The notes: a model not told the origin generated them from the sequence alone. A stretch of DNA of 64,000 nt from Convolutriloba macropyga (GCF_964194025.1 NC_134478.1:25296001-25360000), one strand, 5' to 3'; positions 51,447-64,000 are shown, numbered from the stretch's first letter. Numbers and translations: made by a program.

Positions 51447-51731
51447 TTATGGTTTAACTTCAAAATTATATTTCTTTGCTTGTTCTAAGAATCTTTCTTT
51501 AGTATGACGAAATCTATATCTTCTAAGATAAACACATTCCCTACAAGTGAAATGCTTAAATCTATAGTTAGATATATGTTGATTTACGTTGCATAAACTA
51601 CATACTAAATATTGATCTGGGTCACTAAAATGAATATGCATATGATTATGTTTTCCTTTATATGTTATAGTTTCATTACATACGAAACATATGTATGGTT
51701 TACTTTGACACTCATCACAACTCCAACACCA
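51447..51731 (-). pseudogene. Zinc-finger protein, 5' end cut by LTR
   Basis: WSCDEC..YICFVC-x12-HMHIH..CSLC..CREC in one frame, running up to the LTR boundary. Confidence 0.65.
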
Positions 51732-52153
51732 AGCTAAGACGTGTGCTGAGGTAGGGTTACCTAGGGAGGTTACTCTAACTCTGTCTTATGGAGTCTCAAG
51801 AATATAGTATATCTTAAGGCTTACCTGACTAACTAAAGTTCTATTCCTCTAGTCTGTTACTCTTCTATCTGAGCTTCAGCAGACAGTGCACCGGCCGCAA
51901 TGCTAAAGTCTAGCGTATATCTCAATACAAAACAAGAGCGGAGTAGAGAGAGAGAAATATACTTTATTATTATATCAGGTCTGACTGGTACCGACTAAAG
52001 GGTAGAGTTGTCTTGTTGTCTCTGGGAATAACAAATAAACATTTAAGGGAAAGGTATTTCCATAATTTCAACCAATCAGGGTTGAGTATTTCAGTATTTA
52101 TTTATTAAATAAAATAAGTTTATAAATCCTTTTGTTGGAAGTCAACACTGACT
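51732..52153 (-). repeat. Putative 3' LTR with AG...CT termini
   Basis: Minus strand PPT GGAAAGATGG, then AGTCAG...AATAAA...GTCTTAGCT. Abrupt junction with the Polinton ORF. Confidence 0.65.
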
Positions 52154-53865
52154 CCATCTTTCCGGGTTTTAGAGTTTTTGTTTTTTTTGAAAGTCTTCTT
52201 TACTGTATATCAAAATTAATTTCTCTTCATTCTCTCTGAAAGGTTTTTCTTCTTTTTAGGCTGAAGGTGTTGCCTTGTAGTCGTGGTTTTCAGATAATAG
52301 ATCCCTGGATACAGGTTGCCCACATAGCAAAGATGAACATCAACAACCACAAAAGTATCTATTCCACCACCACACTTCCAGTGGGTGAAGATCCTTCTGT
52401 GTCGCTCCAGTGTTGATGGATGTGGTGCTCCTGTTGTCCAGTGACTTACCTGACTTACCTGATTTGTATGTGTTAGCTGTTAAAGTGTTTATTATTTTTC
52501 TCTATGTAAATGTTCTTTGTTATTACGTAGTATCCCTTCCGGTGGGAAAAAGAAAAAGAATGTATTCTATTCCGTTCATATTTAGAAATCGTTCGATTTC
52601 AATGGCGTAGATTTACTGGTTAACTCCTGTGTTTTAATGTTTTTTGTTATGGAATTCCATGGAGAAATTGAGGGTAGTAGACTTTTTGTGGCTTTCTTGG
52701 CCATGTTGGATTTTGTAATTGAGATGAACATGTATTACTTCTTGCATCTGTTCGAGATCAAGAGTCATTCTGATGTCTGTCTCTTTACAATGGTTTTGTT
52801 ATACTTCTACAACGTCAAATTATATGACTGCGCTTTTCGTATCTGTATATTTTGTTATAATGCCTAAAAGGTGCTTAGTATTTTAAAGATTGTAATGGGT
52901 AGACCCAATTTCACAATTGTTTGATTTCCATTAACGGTACTTTAAATGATGTAAAATGTTGCCTGTCCGCGCGCTTATATCCAATAACCGAATTTTCCTT
53001 TTTGAGGAAAAAATACTTAGTAATTTGTTACAAATAAGATGTTAGTTGTTACGAATGGGTTACATGTGTCTATATGTGTTAACATACATATGTGTCTATA
53101 TGTGTTTACATACATATGGATTATTTTGTTTAAGGTACATATTTGTTTTGTTCAGAATTGTTACGTTGCATATTTCGAGTGTTAAGTTTGGATTGTGAAA
53201 TTTTCGAATTTCAAAATATTTGAGAAATTCTTTCATTCTGTTTGGTACAAGTGTAATACTAAGTGCTATGTATTTTGTTATGTGTTGTTAAAGAATCATT
53301 TTTGTACAATGAATTAAAGTTTGCATGTCTAAATGTACATATTTCCCTAAAGTATGTGTTTTGTTTGTAAATTAAATGATCATGTCTTAACTCGTTATGA
53401 GTAATATGTATATGTAAAGTGTTTTGAAAATTTGATATGTCCGGCTTATACATTGTGTTATTCTTTGTATGTATTAGTGTTACTCATAAAACTATTGTGT
53501 TCCTTTTCATTGAGTTTTCCATTCTATTTACAAAATTGCATATATCTAACTATGGAAAGGCTTTGCATATTTACATGTATACATATGACTAATTTCGGGG
53601 TAAAGTAGAAAAGTATTTTTTGGAAATTATCATATTTTATTTCGCTTTCAGTGTTATACCAAAGGGTATAACTAGTCTTATAAATGGGGGATATTAAAAG
53701 TGAAAGGTTATCTAAAAAGATTAAAGAATAAACAAATATGCACTGAGTCATCCATGGTTGGATGTATTGTTACTAAATACATTATTGTTACTAAGTACAT
53801 TCATTACATTGATGTGTTACGACATAGAAGAAAGTTGTTACATATATATTTGTTATAGCTCCTTG

Positions 53866-55527
53866 TTATAACTTTTCAGTTTGTTTCGGATGATTCGTTC
53901 GAGAATTATATTGTTCATATTCTTTGACGAAGTGATCGTCGTTTGCCAAATAGAATGCGATTAGATTTGTTAGTTCGTCCAGCGAGACTTCCGTTATAGA
54001 AGCTTTAACCGATTTTCGTATTTGTTTCTCTAAGTCTGTAGTTTTACGTTCGTTATTGAATTGGATACGATTTATGACAGCTCTATTTGTTACGCTGCCT
54101 TCAAGATGGTACGTATGGTACTCTTCGCAAGGTTCGAGTGCTTCAATAGGTACTATCAGTGGCCGTTCGGGAAATTCGTTTGGTTGAAATATATAATGGT
54201 TCTTTACGGGATCGAAGTTTCGGAGTGTTCCTACAGTGTATTCCCATTTCAACTTATATCCGTAATTCAGGAAGTATGGTGACGTAAGTTGGTCGTTAAT
54301 ATGAATATAACTTTTTGTTGTGTTTTTATTTTTGTCTCGTAAAAATGTGTAGTAAATGAGGTTATGAACAAGTTTAGTCTCGTGAACTCTGTAGTTATTG
54401 TTCTGTACATCTTTAGCCGTTGGATGTAAAAAGTTAAAACTAAGCTGGAAAATTTGGTGGTCAAAAACGCTGTAGGCAGAAAGATCTTGGGATGCCTTTG
54501 CAACGAGAAGGTCAAATGTGCATACGGTTGGCAGTTTGAACTCATAATCATAGTCGTACAGAAATCGTTCTGTAAGACTATAGAATTGTTTAAGTACTGG
54601 GTAGCATGTTTGATGTAGTTTATCTCTTCCCATGTTCTTGGTACTGCGTTTGACAGTATTTGTATTTTCGGAGGGTAGTGGGGGAAAATACTCCGATATG
54701 CGGTCCTTTAAGTTATGTAATGGAGCCATTATAAAACAATAATCGCGGGAGTCGAATGGTATATTGGACCAATTTCTGTAACTAAGTAGGGGGTTATAGT
54801 TACTGCTGTGAGGGTTTGTTAATAATCTAGGATCGTTATCCTGGAACCAAATGGTTTCCATCACTGTGGCTGTTGGAGATTGTTCGTTCGTTGACTGATG
54901 AAAGAATGATTTATGATTATTACTTCGTGGTGTTATCGCATAAGGAAATCTCAAATTATGTGGTCGTATAAAAGATTTATTAGATGTACATTGTTGATTG
55001 TTATATATTGTTCGTTCATATACACGATCTGTAGGAGGGGGTGGTCGCACTGGTGGAGGATAGTTAGGAAGTGGTGGCGATTGAAACTCTGTATTCGGTT
55101 GGTATACCGTTTGTATGTTTTTATTACCATTGTTACTAGGTCTAGTATGTTGATAACTATGTACGTGTGTACTAGTTCCTTGTTCATTCGGATTGTTCGG
55201 TGTTCTATTCGAAAACGTTTCCTGATTGTTATTTTTACTTGTTAATCGCTTATGAGTTACCTTATCCTTGATCATTTGTGCAATTTCTTTTGGCGTTGGT
55301 TGCAGTGAGGTCTGTGTCTGTTGATCGTTGGTGTCTCCATCGATCTCAACGCGCATGGTTGTTATACGATTGTCAGTTTGTGTACTACATGTAGAGGCGT
55401 TATCGCGAACTGTTCCTGGTGAGGAACGTCCAGATCCAGAGCTGAGTTCGCCCTCCTCAACGTCGTAGCTGAGGGGCGAATCTGCTCTGTATGCAGATTC
55501 GTACTCGAAGTCCATCTTATGTGCCAT
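53866..55527 (-). CDS. Orphan 553-aa protein (disordered N-terminus, globular C-terminus)
   Basis: Uninterrupted ATG-initiated ORF between env and the LTR. Confidence 0.75.
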   Translation of the reverse strand: MAHKMDFEYESAYRADSPLSYDVEEGELSSGSGRSSPGTVRDNASTCSTQTDNRITTMRVEIDGDTNDQQTQTSLQPTPKEIAQMIKDKVTHKRLTSKNNNQETFSNRTPNNPNEQGTSTHVHSYQHTRPSNNGNKNIQTVYQPNTEFQSPPLPNYPPPVRPPPPTDRVYERTIYNNQQCTSNKSFIRPHNLRFPYAITPRSNNHKSFFHQSTNEQSPTATVMETIWFQDNDPRLLTNPHSSNYNPLLSYRNWSNIPFDSRDYCFIMAPLHNLKDRISEYFPPLPSENTNTVKRSTKNMGRDKLHQTCYPVLKQFYSLTERFLYDYDYEFKLPTVCTFDLLVAKASQDLSAYSVFDHQIFQLSFNFLHPTAKDVQNNNYRVHETKLVHNLIYYTFLRDKNKNTTKSYIHINDQLTSPYFLNYGYKLKWEYTVGTLRNFDPVKNHYIFQPNEFPERPLIVPIEALEPCEEYHTYHLEGSVTNRAVINRIQFNNERKTTDLEKQIRKSVKASITEVSLDELTNLIAFYLANDDHFVKEYEQYNSRTNHPKQTEKL

Positions 55528-56209
55528 TATTAATGGTTAGCTAAAATTGCAATTAATATGTTACTCATTTACATTTGGTATTACTGAAGAGTGTTACTAT
55601 ACGATAGTACAAATTGTTACTGATTTACAATGTTATAGGTGTTTTATTGTTACGAATTTGTTTGTTATCTAATATCGTTACTATTTAATATCGTTACTAT
55701 TGTTAACAATTCACTGTTATTGTTATATTTGTCGTTGGACATACTCGGTAAGTGTAAAGTTTCGTACAAAATTGGATAGTATTAAAATGTGTTAGCTAAT
55801 AGTGTGTTAGTTGTTCTTAGCAAGATTCACGGTTACACTTCATATGTATTTGCTGAATGAGTGTCGAAATATGTGACTTCATTCGTGTGTGGTTGATCGT
55901 CATCGTTCAATATGTCTAAACTATGGCTGCGGTTATTCATTTTATTTGCTGCTAGTTTCAATTGGGTGAAATCAATTGGTGGTGGATTTTGTATTTCTAT
56001 AAGCTTCACTGATGGGATGAGATTATTTTGAGTTTTTATTTGTGATGGTTGTGGTATTTCATACGGTGTTGTCTTATTGATTCCTAATTGTGGTTCATAT
56101 GATGTTCCGTGAAATGTAGAAGTTTGTTGTATATTGGGTGCACTTGGGGTTGGTGACACGTGGGGGGGGGGGGTGAATTGTGTGTTGTACTTACTGGTAT
56201 GTTATTTCC

Positions 56210-58797
56210 TCAACATTGATACGCTGGTGGAGGGGTAATGAGTTGTGGAGGTAATTTAGTCATTTTGTTTTCAGTTATTGTTTCAAGGGGCTCGATTTTT
56301 AATGGTTCGGGTTGTTTGTATTTCCGTTCTGGTAGTGGTGGTTTTTGTTTCTTAGGTGGCGATTCTAGTGTTCTCAATTCTAGTCCTTGATCTGTTCTAC
56401 GAATGGTTGTGTTATAATGTTTGTAGTTTGTGTCAATATATGTTTGTTCTGGTGGGTTGTTTTCATTACGTGTTAAATGAGTAACGTCGGATGAATGACG
56501 GCGGAAGGTGTGTTTCCTATTTTTATTGTGTTTATTGTGTTTAGTATAGTGTGAGTAGTTGTTATCACTATCCTGGCTATCATGACTAGTGTCATCTTCT
56601 TGTATCTGTGCAACTAGCTGTGTTAAGGTTTGTGAGAATATACCAAATATTCCTGTTAATAGTATTTTAGTAATACTTGCTTTTTTACCAATCGCTTTAT
56701 GGATTGCGAATGCGTTGTAAAATTTAATTACTAGGTTAGTTGTAAATAATATCATACTGATCATTGCGTATATAATTGCCATCTTTTCGAGAATATACCA
56801 TGGCCAACCAAATATTGATAATATTTGGTCTTTGAGCCATTCTCCATCAAAAATTTCTTTCCAGTTTACGCTTGGTTGATCTATTTGGAAGTTATATCCA
56901 TTTATGTTAAGATCTTTTAACCATTTTAAGGATTGTTCATAATTTTTGTATGTTTGTAAAAGTCCAAGTTGTTCGAGTTCTAATAATTTTTGTGCATTTG
57001 CTGATGTAGCTTCTTGTAGTGGTTTTTCACGATCTCTCATATATTCGTGGAGTAGATCTCTTTTACGTTCTTGTATTAGTTGTTCTTTACTATAAATGCC
57101 ACTTTCTATTAAACTTGCTTTACTAAACATGTTATCTAAAACTATTTCCTCGGGCGATATGGTGTTCAATATCGTTTCTACTTTTACTGGGTAGGGTGTT
57201 ACTCTATATCGTGCTGTTCCTTCAGTGTCTATTGAGATGAGTTGATCAAAGTTACTGTGTGAACAAGGTACTGTTTTTGCCCATAAGTATGTCTGTCTTG
57301 TTAGCTGGTGTACATATTGTACTCTGTTCTTGTATAGAATAGGAATTTTATCGTAACATTCGCGTGTTTGTGGTACATAAAGAGGTGATGATTTCTTCGC
57401 ACATTTATACATTTTCATGACGTTTACGCCTTCTTGTTTCACAAAAATGGATCTGTCTCCAGTAAGAATGTATCCTAAGAGTGGAGTGTTCTTTTGTACT
57501 TGAGTCAATGTTAATTGTCTGAGGTTTCGAGTTTGTTCGCAAATTTGTGAATAGAATTCTATTGCTTGTAAACTAATTCGAGAGTAAATGTTACTCATAT
57601 ATAGGTCCATTTTCATATTAAGGTGAGTTTCTTCGTTTACAAAACCATAATAGTATTGATGGTTTTCTTTGTCTTCGTATCGTGTACGTTCCGATATTAT
57701 TTGTTCTGGTTTTATTTTAAAAAACTTTTCATCGTCAAATTTGTCTTTTTTCTTTGTTACTTTTTGTCCTGTGTGCATGTCAAATCCATATTCATATATT
57801 ATGTATATATCGTCGTATTCTGTTTTGTGTAGTGGTTGTGGTGAACCACATTCACGTTCGACTAGTGGGTATACTTCGAATCGTGTTGCTATTGAGTCTG
57901 TTTGATTTAATTTTATTTTCTTTGTGATGTCTGGTTGTTGGACTGTGGTCCATTCTGCATTTGTTTCTATCCAATATCTATCTTGATATTTTCCATATAT
58001 GCGTCAAATCGTATTAGTTCGAATAGTTGACAGTGTGTCTGTGGTTCCCACACAATTGTTGCTTTTGTTAGTGGTGTGGGTAAACATTCTCCCTTGCGGA
58101 GATCGCATGGTAATTTTGTTCCCATGTATGATATTTCTTCGGTATCTAAATTTAATATTAGTGAGACTTCTCGTATTTCGAGTGTCCAATCTAAGATGTC
58201 TATTCTGTTCTGTTTACGAGGTCCTTTCATACAGTTGGACTGTGCGTTTTTAATTGCGCTAGGTATCCAAAGTGGGTTTGTGTAGTCGTATACAATTCGT
58301 CCGTATGGTGGTACTAGTGGAATGTTCATATCGAACTGTATTCTGCCTTGCAGATCTTCAATCTTTTTCTGTAATGGTGGATTTGCAATAAAGTTGAATG
58401 ATATATTGTATCTTGTAGGTTTATATTGTGTGTTCTTTAGTAAGTTTATTCTAGCGAGTTCGTTACGAAATTTATTTAAAATGCTATCTGTTAGTCTTTC
58501 TGTGTAGAAATTCCAGTTTCTTGTCCATTGGTCTATAGCTGTTTCCCACATTGCTTCATAATCTGTATCGTTTATATTTGTTATATTGTCGATATTAATA
58601 GAATGTTTATATTTATCAATGTGTTTAAACTTGTTTGTGAAGGTGTTTGTTCCATTTCGTGTTCTGTTTTTCTGTTTAAGTTGTTCAATGTGTATATTCA
58701 TTCGTTCGTTAATTAGGTCTTTTATTCTGTGTTTTGCGTTGTCCTGAAGTCTTTGTTCATGTTGAAGTTTTGTTTCTATTTTCATACATATATACAA
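56210..58797 (-). pseudogene. env: Env glycoprotein, class III (gB/chuvirus-like), one frameshift near 57990
   Basis: LPCDLRKGEC..TIVWEPQTHC; ECGSPQPLHKTEY; ICEQTR..EGVNVMKMYKC..CYDKIPI..LTRQ..VPC; TM segment MAIIYAMISMILFTTNLVI; long Pro/Tyr-rich tail. Confidence 0.75.
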
Positions 58798-59985
58798 TAT
58801 TAATAATAATAATATGCATATAATTGCTACAGTTGAAGCGACATGTGTATGTCAATCCTGTATGTGGATTATAGAATGTGGCGAATCCAAGTGTTTGTTT
58901 TGTATATCTGTCAAATTTATATACGAAGTCTATACAAATGAAGGGTGCTGGTATTGTGGTTGTTACAATTGAAGGTGTTGTTGCATGAAATGGATGGTTA
59001 AATATAGTGTTATATTTGATTGTAGTGTTAAATTTCAATTCGAGAGATGGTGTTGCTAGAACTTCTAGTGCTGAATTGCGTTGTCGTGCTGTGAGATTGA
59101 GTGTGTTAGTTAGTCTATTTCTTGCCCAAATTGTAAGTGTATCTCCAAGATTTGTAGGTCCGTATAAAGGAGGAGGTGGGTTCCAAGTTTTATGGTCTAA
59201 TGGGAATAAATAGGTATGTTCATTAGTTCTGCTCTTGGTTGGGGGGTTACGATTGAGTATGGGGGTTGATCTAGTTCTTCTGGGATGGCTGGATGGTAAT
59301 CTAATTTCGGGTATGAATGATGCTGGAGATAGCACTGTGTTTCTAGGTGGTTGTAGGGAGTTCGGGATGTCAACTCTGGGTATGCTTATAGATGTGTTGG
59401 ATGATGTTTGGTTTGTTCGTAATGGTGTTGTGCTTGTACTAGCTGATTGGGGGGATGTTGCTGACCAATGTGAACTGTTGGGTGATTGCAATGGTTGTAC
59501 ACGGAAATGTTCTTGTACAAAGTTAAAATCTTGTCTTTGTTGAAACGTTGGGGGTAGGAAAGGGTTTGCTCGTAATTCAGAAGGTGTTGGTGTATGATCT
59601 GTGTTTACACTTGAATGTTCGCTTGGTGAGCTTATACTAAAGTTGTGTAATGTGGGTGTGCCTGTTCTACTTGGTGGTTCTGAATTTATTGTTTCTATTG
59701 GTCTAATGATATTAGATTCTATGTCTGTTGAACCGTAAGAAACTAGTGTAGATTCTTGTGTAGGGAAGGATAGAGATGATCTACGTCTTGCTCTAAGAAG
59801 TTCTCGTCTATCCGGCCGTTCTCGTCGTACTGTGTAGGGATTTTCAGTATCTATACTTACAGTATCTTCATTTTCTGGTGAGGTTGGTATATTTGTTAGA
59901 TCTGTAACTTCGTTATGGTGTGGTCTTTCGGAGTTATTGTTACTGTTATTATTACTAGACGACGCAATTTTTGCTGTTTTATGCG
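58757..59985 (-). pseudogene. Ser/Thr/Pro-rich accessory ORF
   Basis: The frame stays open from ~59985 through ORF 58757-59491; its 5' part is disrupted. Confidence 0.55.
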
Positions 59986-60810
59986 TTTATGCGCCGGTCT
60001 CAGGTCCGTGTTGTGGTATGTGTATATATGGTGGTGCTAATATTAATACTGGTATAAATTCTTGTTCTGGTGTATGTGTTTGTGCTCCTAGGTTTGATAT
60101 CCAAATTTCTCTATTTGCAATATGTAACTGTAGTTGGTAAATAATAACAGTACCGTATAACGGTGAGTTTTCGGGAAATCCTATTTGTAGGTAGAATCTT
60201 TGTGAATGTAATGTGTAATAGATAGATTCTTCTATATCTGGAAGTGGATCAATTTTTATGGGTTAAGAAAATATTCTGCTAAACTCAAACACATTCGTAT
60301 GAAAAAGTATATTATTAGGGCTATTTTGATGAATTTAAATATTTCGAGTTCAATAATATCAATATTTGATTTACAAATGTGAAATATGTCTGAGTGGAAG
60401 TCCTGCATAAGGTGGTGTGAGTTAGGTGGTGTGATATTTTTGTGTGTGATGTTGTGTATAATTTATTGAACTGGTGGGCTAGCATATATAACTCTACGGT
60501 TACGTATAAATTCGGTAATGGTTACCACTGCTAGATATGTTGAAACAACTATTATACACGGTATTAAGAAGATTGTTAAGAAAAATAGTACTTTAGATAA
60601 TAATATATATATTGCAACTAGTGCCTCTGTGAAATCAATGGTTGAAACTTATATTAGTTCGTTCACTATTTGTTCACTGTGTAAATCAGATACAATGCTA
60701 CACTGAATAGTGACAGTTATTTACTATTGTAACTGACACTAAACGGTGCCGCACTATCAAATTTCTGTTACGTTTATTTGTATAATATTATAACAATGAG
60801 TGGTATCATG

Positions 60811-61263
60811 TTATTTCTTTGTTCTGTCATCAGTGAGGAATATAGCTTCTTTCTTGCAAACTGCGATAAAAACTGTTTTTAGTTGATTTAAATCAACACA
60901 CTTTGTTTGTGTTATCTGTTGTTTTAATGTTTCGAATTCAGTTACTGTTTCAGAACAAGGTAACGTATACTTAAGTATATCAAAATGGTGTTCTCCCCAA
61001 AAGAGTTTTATTTCTTCTTTTGTTTTTGTTACACCTTCAAAGATGAAGAGGTAGTTTTTTGGTGAAACTTTGCAGTTTGTTAGTACAACGTAATCGTCGT
61101 CAAAATGTAGATGACTACCAGTTGGGTATTCAATATCTGTAAACTCGTTTGTTTGTATTGCAATTTTGATTACAAGTTGGTTTTTGTTAAGAGAATTTAG
61201 AAATTCTGATACTGACAACATAGGTGGGGTTTCATTACAATGATAGTTGTAATGATGTATCAA
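60811..61263 (-). CDS. Hypothetical accessory ORF (150 aa)
   Basis: Protein-like composition, on the sense strand of the element. Start codon uncertain. Confidence 0.5.
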   Translation of the reverse strand: MIHHYNYHCNETPPMLSVSEFLNSLNKNQLVIKIAIQTNEFTDIEYPTGSHLHFDDDYVVLTNCKVSPKNYLFIFEGVTKTKEEIKLFWGEHHFDILKYTLPCSETVTEFETLKQQITQTKCVDLNQLKTVFIAVCKKEAIFLTDDRTKK

Positions 61264-63693
61264 TCTTTCTGATATAAAATTAAGGTAGTTCAGTTTACCT
61301 GTGATTGTAGAACTGTGTTGTGAATGGTTGATAAAAATGTGAAAGATGTTGATATTCTTTCACTGGGAATAGTTATTGAAGTTTTGGTTTATAGAGAAAT
61401 GATTGAAGAAGGGTTTATAGATGATTGAGAAAATTTTTGAAGAATTTATAAAAAGGAATCTGTGAGAATATTTTCAAAGATTTTTACTGAAACTGTGATT
61501 GAAATTACAACTGGGTTGAATTATATGAGAATTTTTTAGAGTTTTCAGCTTAGCTGATTTTTAGAGAATTTTTCAATTTTCGGAGAGAAGTTGTTTGTGC
61601 AAGACAAAATTGGAATTGTGATTCTAACTTTCTTGTTTCTTGTTCTCTACAATGTTTGTGACATTTGCATATCTTCCGTTTTTCGTTTTTGGTTCTTGAG
61701 TTGCCAATTACTGGGTCTTGTTAGCTTTTGGATAGGTCTTTTTCGATTTTTGAGTACTTTCTTAGATTCTTTTAGCTTTGTTGTTACCATTCTTTCTTCT
61801 TATAATTATTTGATGTTTATGATTATGTTGGTTGGTAATTAGTATCTTTGGTTACGATATTGGTAAGTTTAAGGGTCTCTTTAATGATTTGTTGGTGCCA
61901 TCAAGTTGGTGCCATTTATTTGCCATTTTGTTATTTGTTAAATTGTTACTTCTTTCCTAGCAATTAGCTTTCAAGTTGATGATTAGTGATGGTGCCATTA
62001 TAGTCGGTGCCATCTAGTTGGTGCCATCTAGTTGGTGCCAACTTCTTGGTCTTCTAATGTGCTTTTATGTTAGTGAGATGTCAATTTCGTAAGATAGTCT
62101 AATTGGATGGTGCAAGTTGGGGATGGTATGACGTTGGGGATGGTATGACGTTAGGTTTTGGTAGTGATTAGTACTGAAGTGTCTACTTCAGTATTTTCTT
62201 TGATCTGTGTCAGATCTATTTCGTAATTACCATTTTGTAATGGTTGTAAATGTTAATTGGGTTGACATTTTCTAATTTGTTACTGGTTGAGTCTACATGG
62301 GTATGTTTCAAGTCTCTTATGTCCGTAATGAACATATCACTTTGTGCCTTTTTTCTTCTGTTAATGATCTCTCTACATATTTGTAGTAATCGATGTATTT
62401 CTTTAATGGTGATACTAATGATGTTGGCATTTTACAAATGCTACTAATTACGTTTGTTATAATAACGTCCGTATTGTTAACGTCCGTTTTTGTTAATGAC
62501 GTAGTTTAGTTTATGACGTACAGTCTTGTTTGAATGTCATATCTATTTAGCCGAAGGTCGTCTGACCGAATGATATTCAAAGTTGAACTAAATTGTTTTA
62601 ATTCAGTTCAAATCTGAACTAAATGGTGTTGTGTAATGTCTGAATCTGTGTTTTAGATGAGGCGTTGTTTCATCGTGGATTGTTACTGTCTGGAACGTTT
62701 ATATGTGTATTTGTTACTACGGATTTATTGTTACACTGAGATGAATTCAACAGATTACACGGTGATGAATTCAACATCATGGTTATGCTTCCAGATTGTG
62801 TTGTCATTACTTCACATTAATTTTTACTTTGATGAGGAAAGAGGAAGTTACTCCTTTTCTTATATTTTGTTTGTTATTATCAGTAATGAGTGCGGGAGAT
62901 GTTATCCTTTGTATTTTGTTTCAACTCCTTATTTTAATATTTATGTTTCTTTGTATTTCGTATTTTACCTGTTTTAATATTAGTGTTTTGTGTTAACCTG
63001 TTATGTGCGTTTTATATATATTCCATTTTTATATTGTGTATTTACTATTCTGATTTATCAATTTCTACAAAATATCTATTCCATTCCGCGAGTTTATCAA
63101 TCGTGGATTTTTCATGCTTTGTTATTTGAACGTATTTGTTATTTGAATTTTGAATATTTTGATTTTTTGTTTATTGTTTTACTTCAATTTAACTACAATA
63201 ACGTCTATTCCAGTTCTAAACCTGTGAACATCAATACCTTTTTGTTTTTTGTTTTTGTTGTTATTTGCTTGAATTGTTTATATGAAAATTTACCTTTTTG
63301 TTAAACTTAATGTGAGAGGTTCAGGGGCTAGTATTAAAATCAGTTTGTTTTATACGATTTGTTATTTGGATTATTTGTTTTATTTATTTTGTGTTACTAT
63401 TGTTGGTGTATTCACGATGGATGAGAAAATGGAATTGCTGTTGATGGAATTGCTGTGGTTGGATTGCTGTGACGGAATTGCTGTTGATGAGATGGAGGAA
63501 GATTTGTGACAATTTTGAGAAGAGTTGTGTTGAAGATTTGAAGGAAGAAGTGAAGAGAATTGATGATGAAGGAGAAGTTTGTAGTGGAAGTTTGTATGTG
63601 AAGAAGAGTGAAGGTTGTGAAGAAGAGTGAAGGTTTTTAGTCGTCATGTGTCATTTATTTTATATTGATGTTTGTTTTTAATTCCTTTTGATG

Positions 63694-63698
<5 letters not shown>

Positions 63699-63724
<26 letters not shown>
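63699..63724. repeat. (TA)n microsatellite
   Basis: Directly visible. Confidence 0.9.
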
Positions 63725-64000
63725 TTGATGTTTTATTATTTTTTGTTCCAATTTTAATAGAAATGTTCTTTTGTTAGTTAAAAATGTTTGTTTGTTAATA
63801 GAAATGTTCGTTTGTTAACGTAAATACATTTCGTTTTGTTTATTCGGGGGAACATATACGGGAAAATACACACGGGTTAGGGTTAGGATGTGTGTTACGT
63901 AGAAATACTGGATATATTATTTGTAGGAATACTGGAATACTTGAAATCTAGATCTATATTTGAAATGTTTGTTTCATTAGTGAATTAATAGGGTTAGGTG

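Larger units (their letters stand above)
40660..51731. mobile_element. Polinton/Maverick (adintovirus-like) endogenous virus remnant, interrupted on the right by an LTR element
   Basis: Cluster of packaging ATPases, adenain-like protease, penton, MCP and retroviral-type integrase. The left end is a guess at AGTAAT (40660). No pPolB or second TIR is seen. Confidence 0.85.
51732..64000 (-). mobile_element. Large LTR element with class III env and multiple accessory ORFs; runs off the window
   Basis: LTR/PPT, uniform A/C-rich sense strand, all long ORFs on the minus strand, env-like gene. No RT/RH/IN core is recognisable in the window. Confidence 0.7.

Noticed and set aside
63874-64000. GGGTTAGGGTTAGG as telomeric repeat
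   Set aside because: Only about two units, embedded in the retroelement-like sequence; not an array.

Overview
This is eukaryotic, AT-rich, repeat-dense DNA, most likely from an invertebrate animal. There is one clear host gene, a 4-exon axonemal-type beta-tubulin (33480-35740, minus strand). Almost everything else is nested, decayed mobile DNA. From left to right: (1) a LINE RT fragment; (2) a tandem array of Penelope-like elements (PLE) whose RT has a PHD finger inserted between motifs B' and C; (3) a Ty3/Gypsy element with a class III (gB/chuvirus-like) env, lodged inside a PLE copy; (4) a Mag-like Gypsy element with an SGNH esterase ORF upstream of gag and an apparent Tf1-style self-priming PBS; (5) a BEL/Pao relic split by a complete two-LTR Gypsy with a 5-bp TSD; (6) a Polinton/adintovirus-like virus remnant (two ATPases, protease, penton, MCP, integrase) scattered with GAA-triloop mini-hairpins; (7) a >12 kb LTR element with a class III env and several orphan ORFs but no recognisable RT in the window. 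The strongest novelty candidates are the PHD-in-RT PLE, the esterase-bearing self-priming LTR element, and the env/accessory-gene LTR element. All protein family calls are by motif recognition only; no database search was run.
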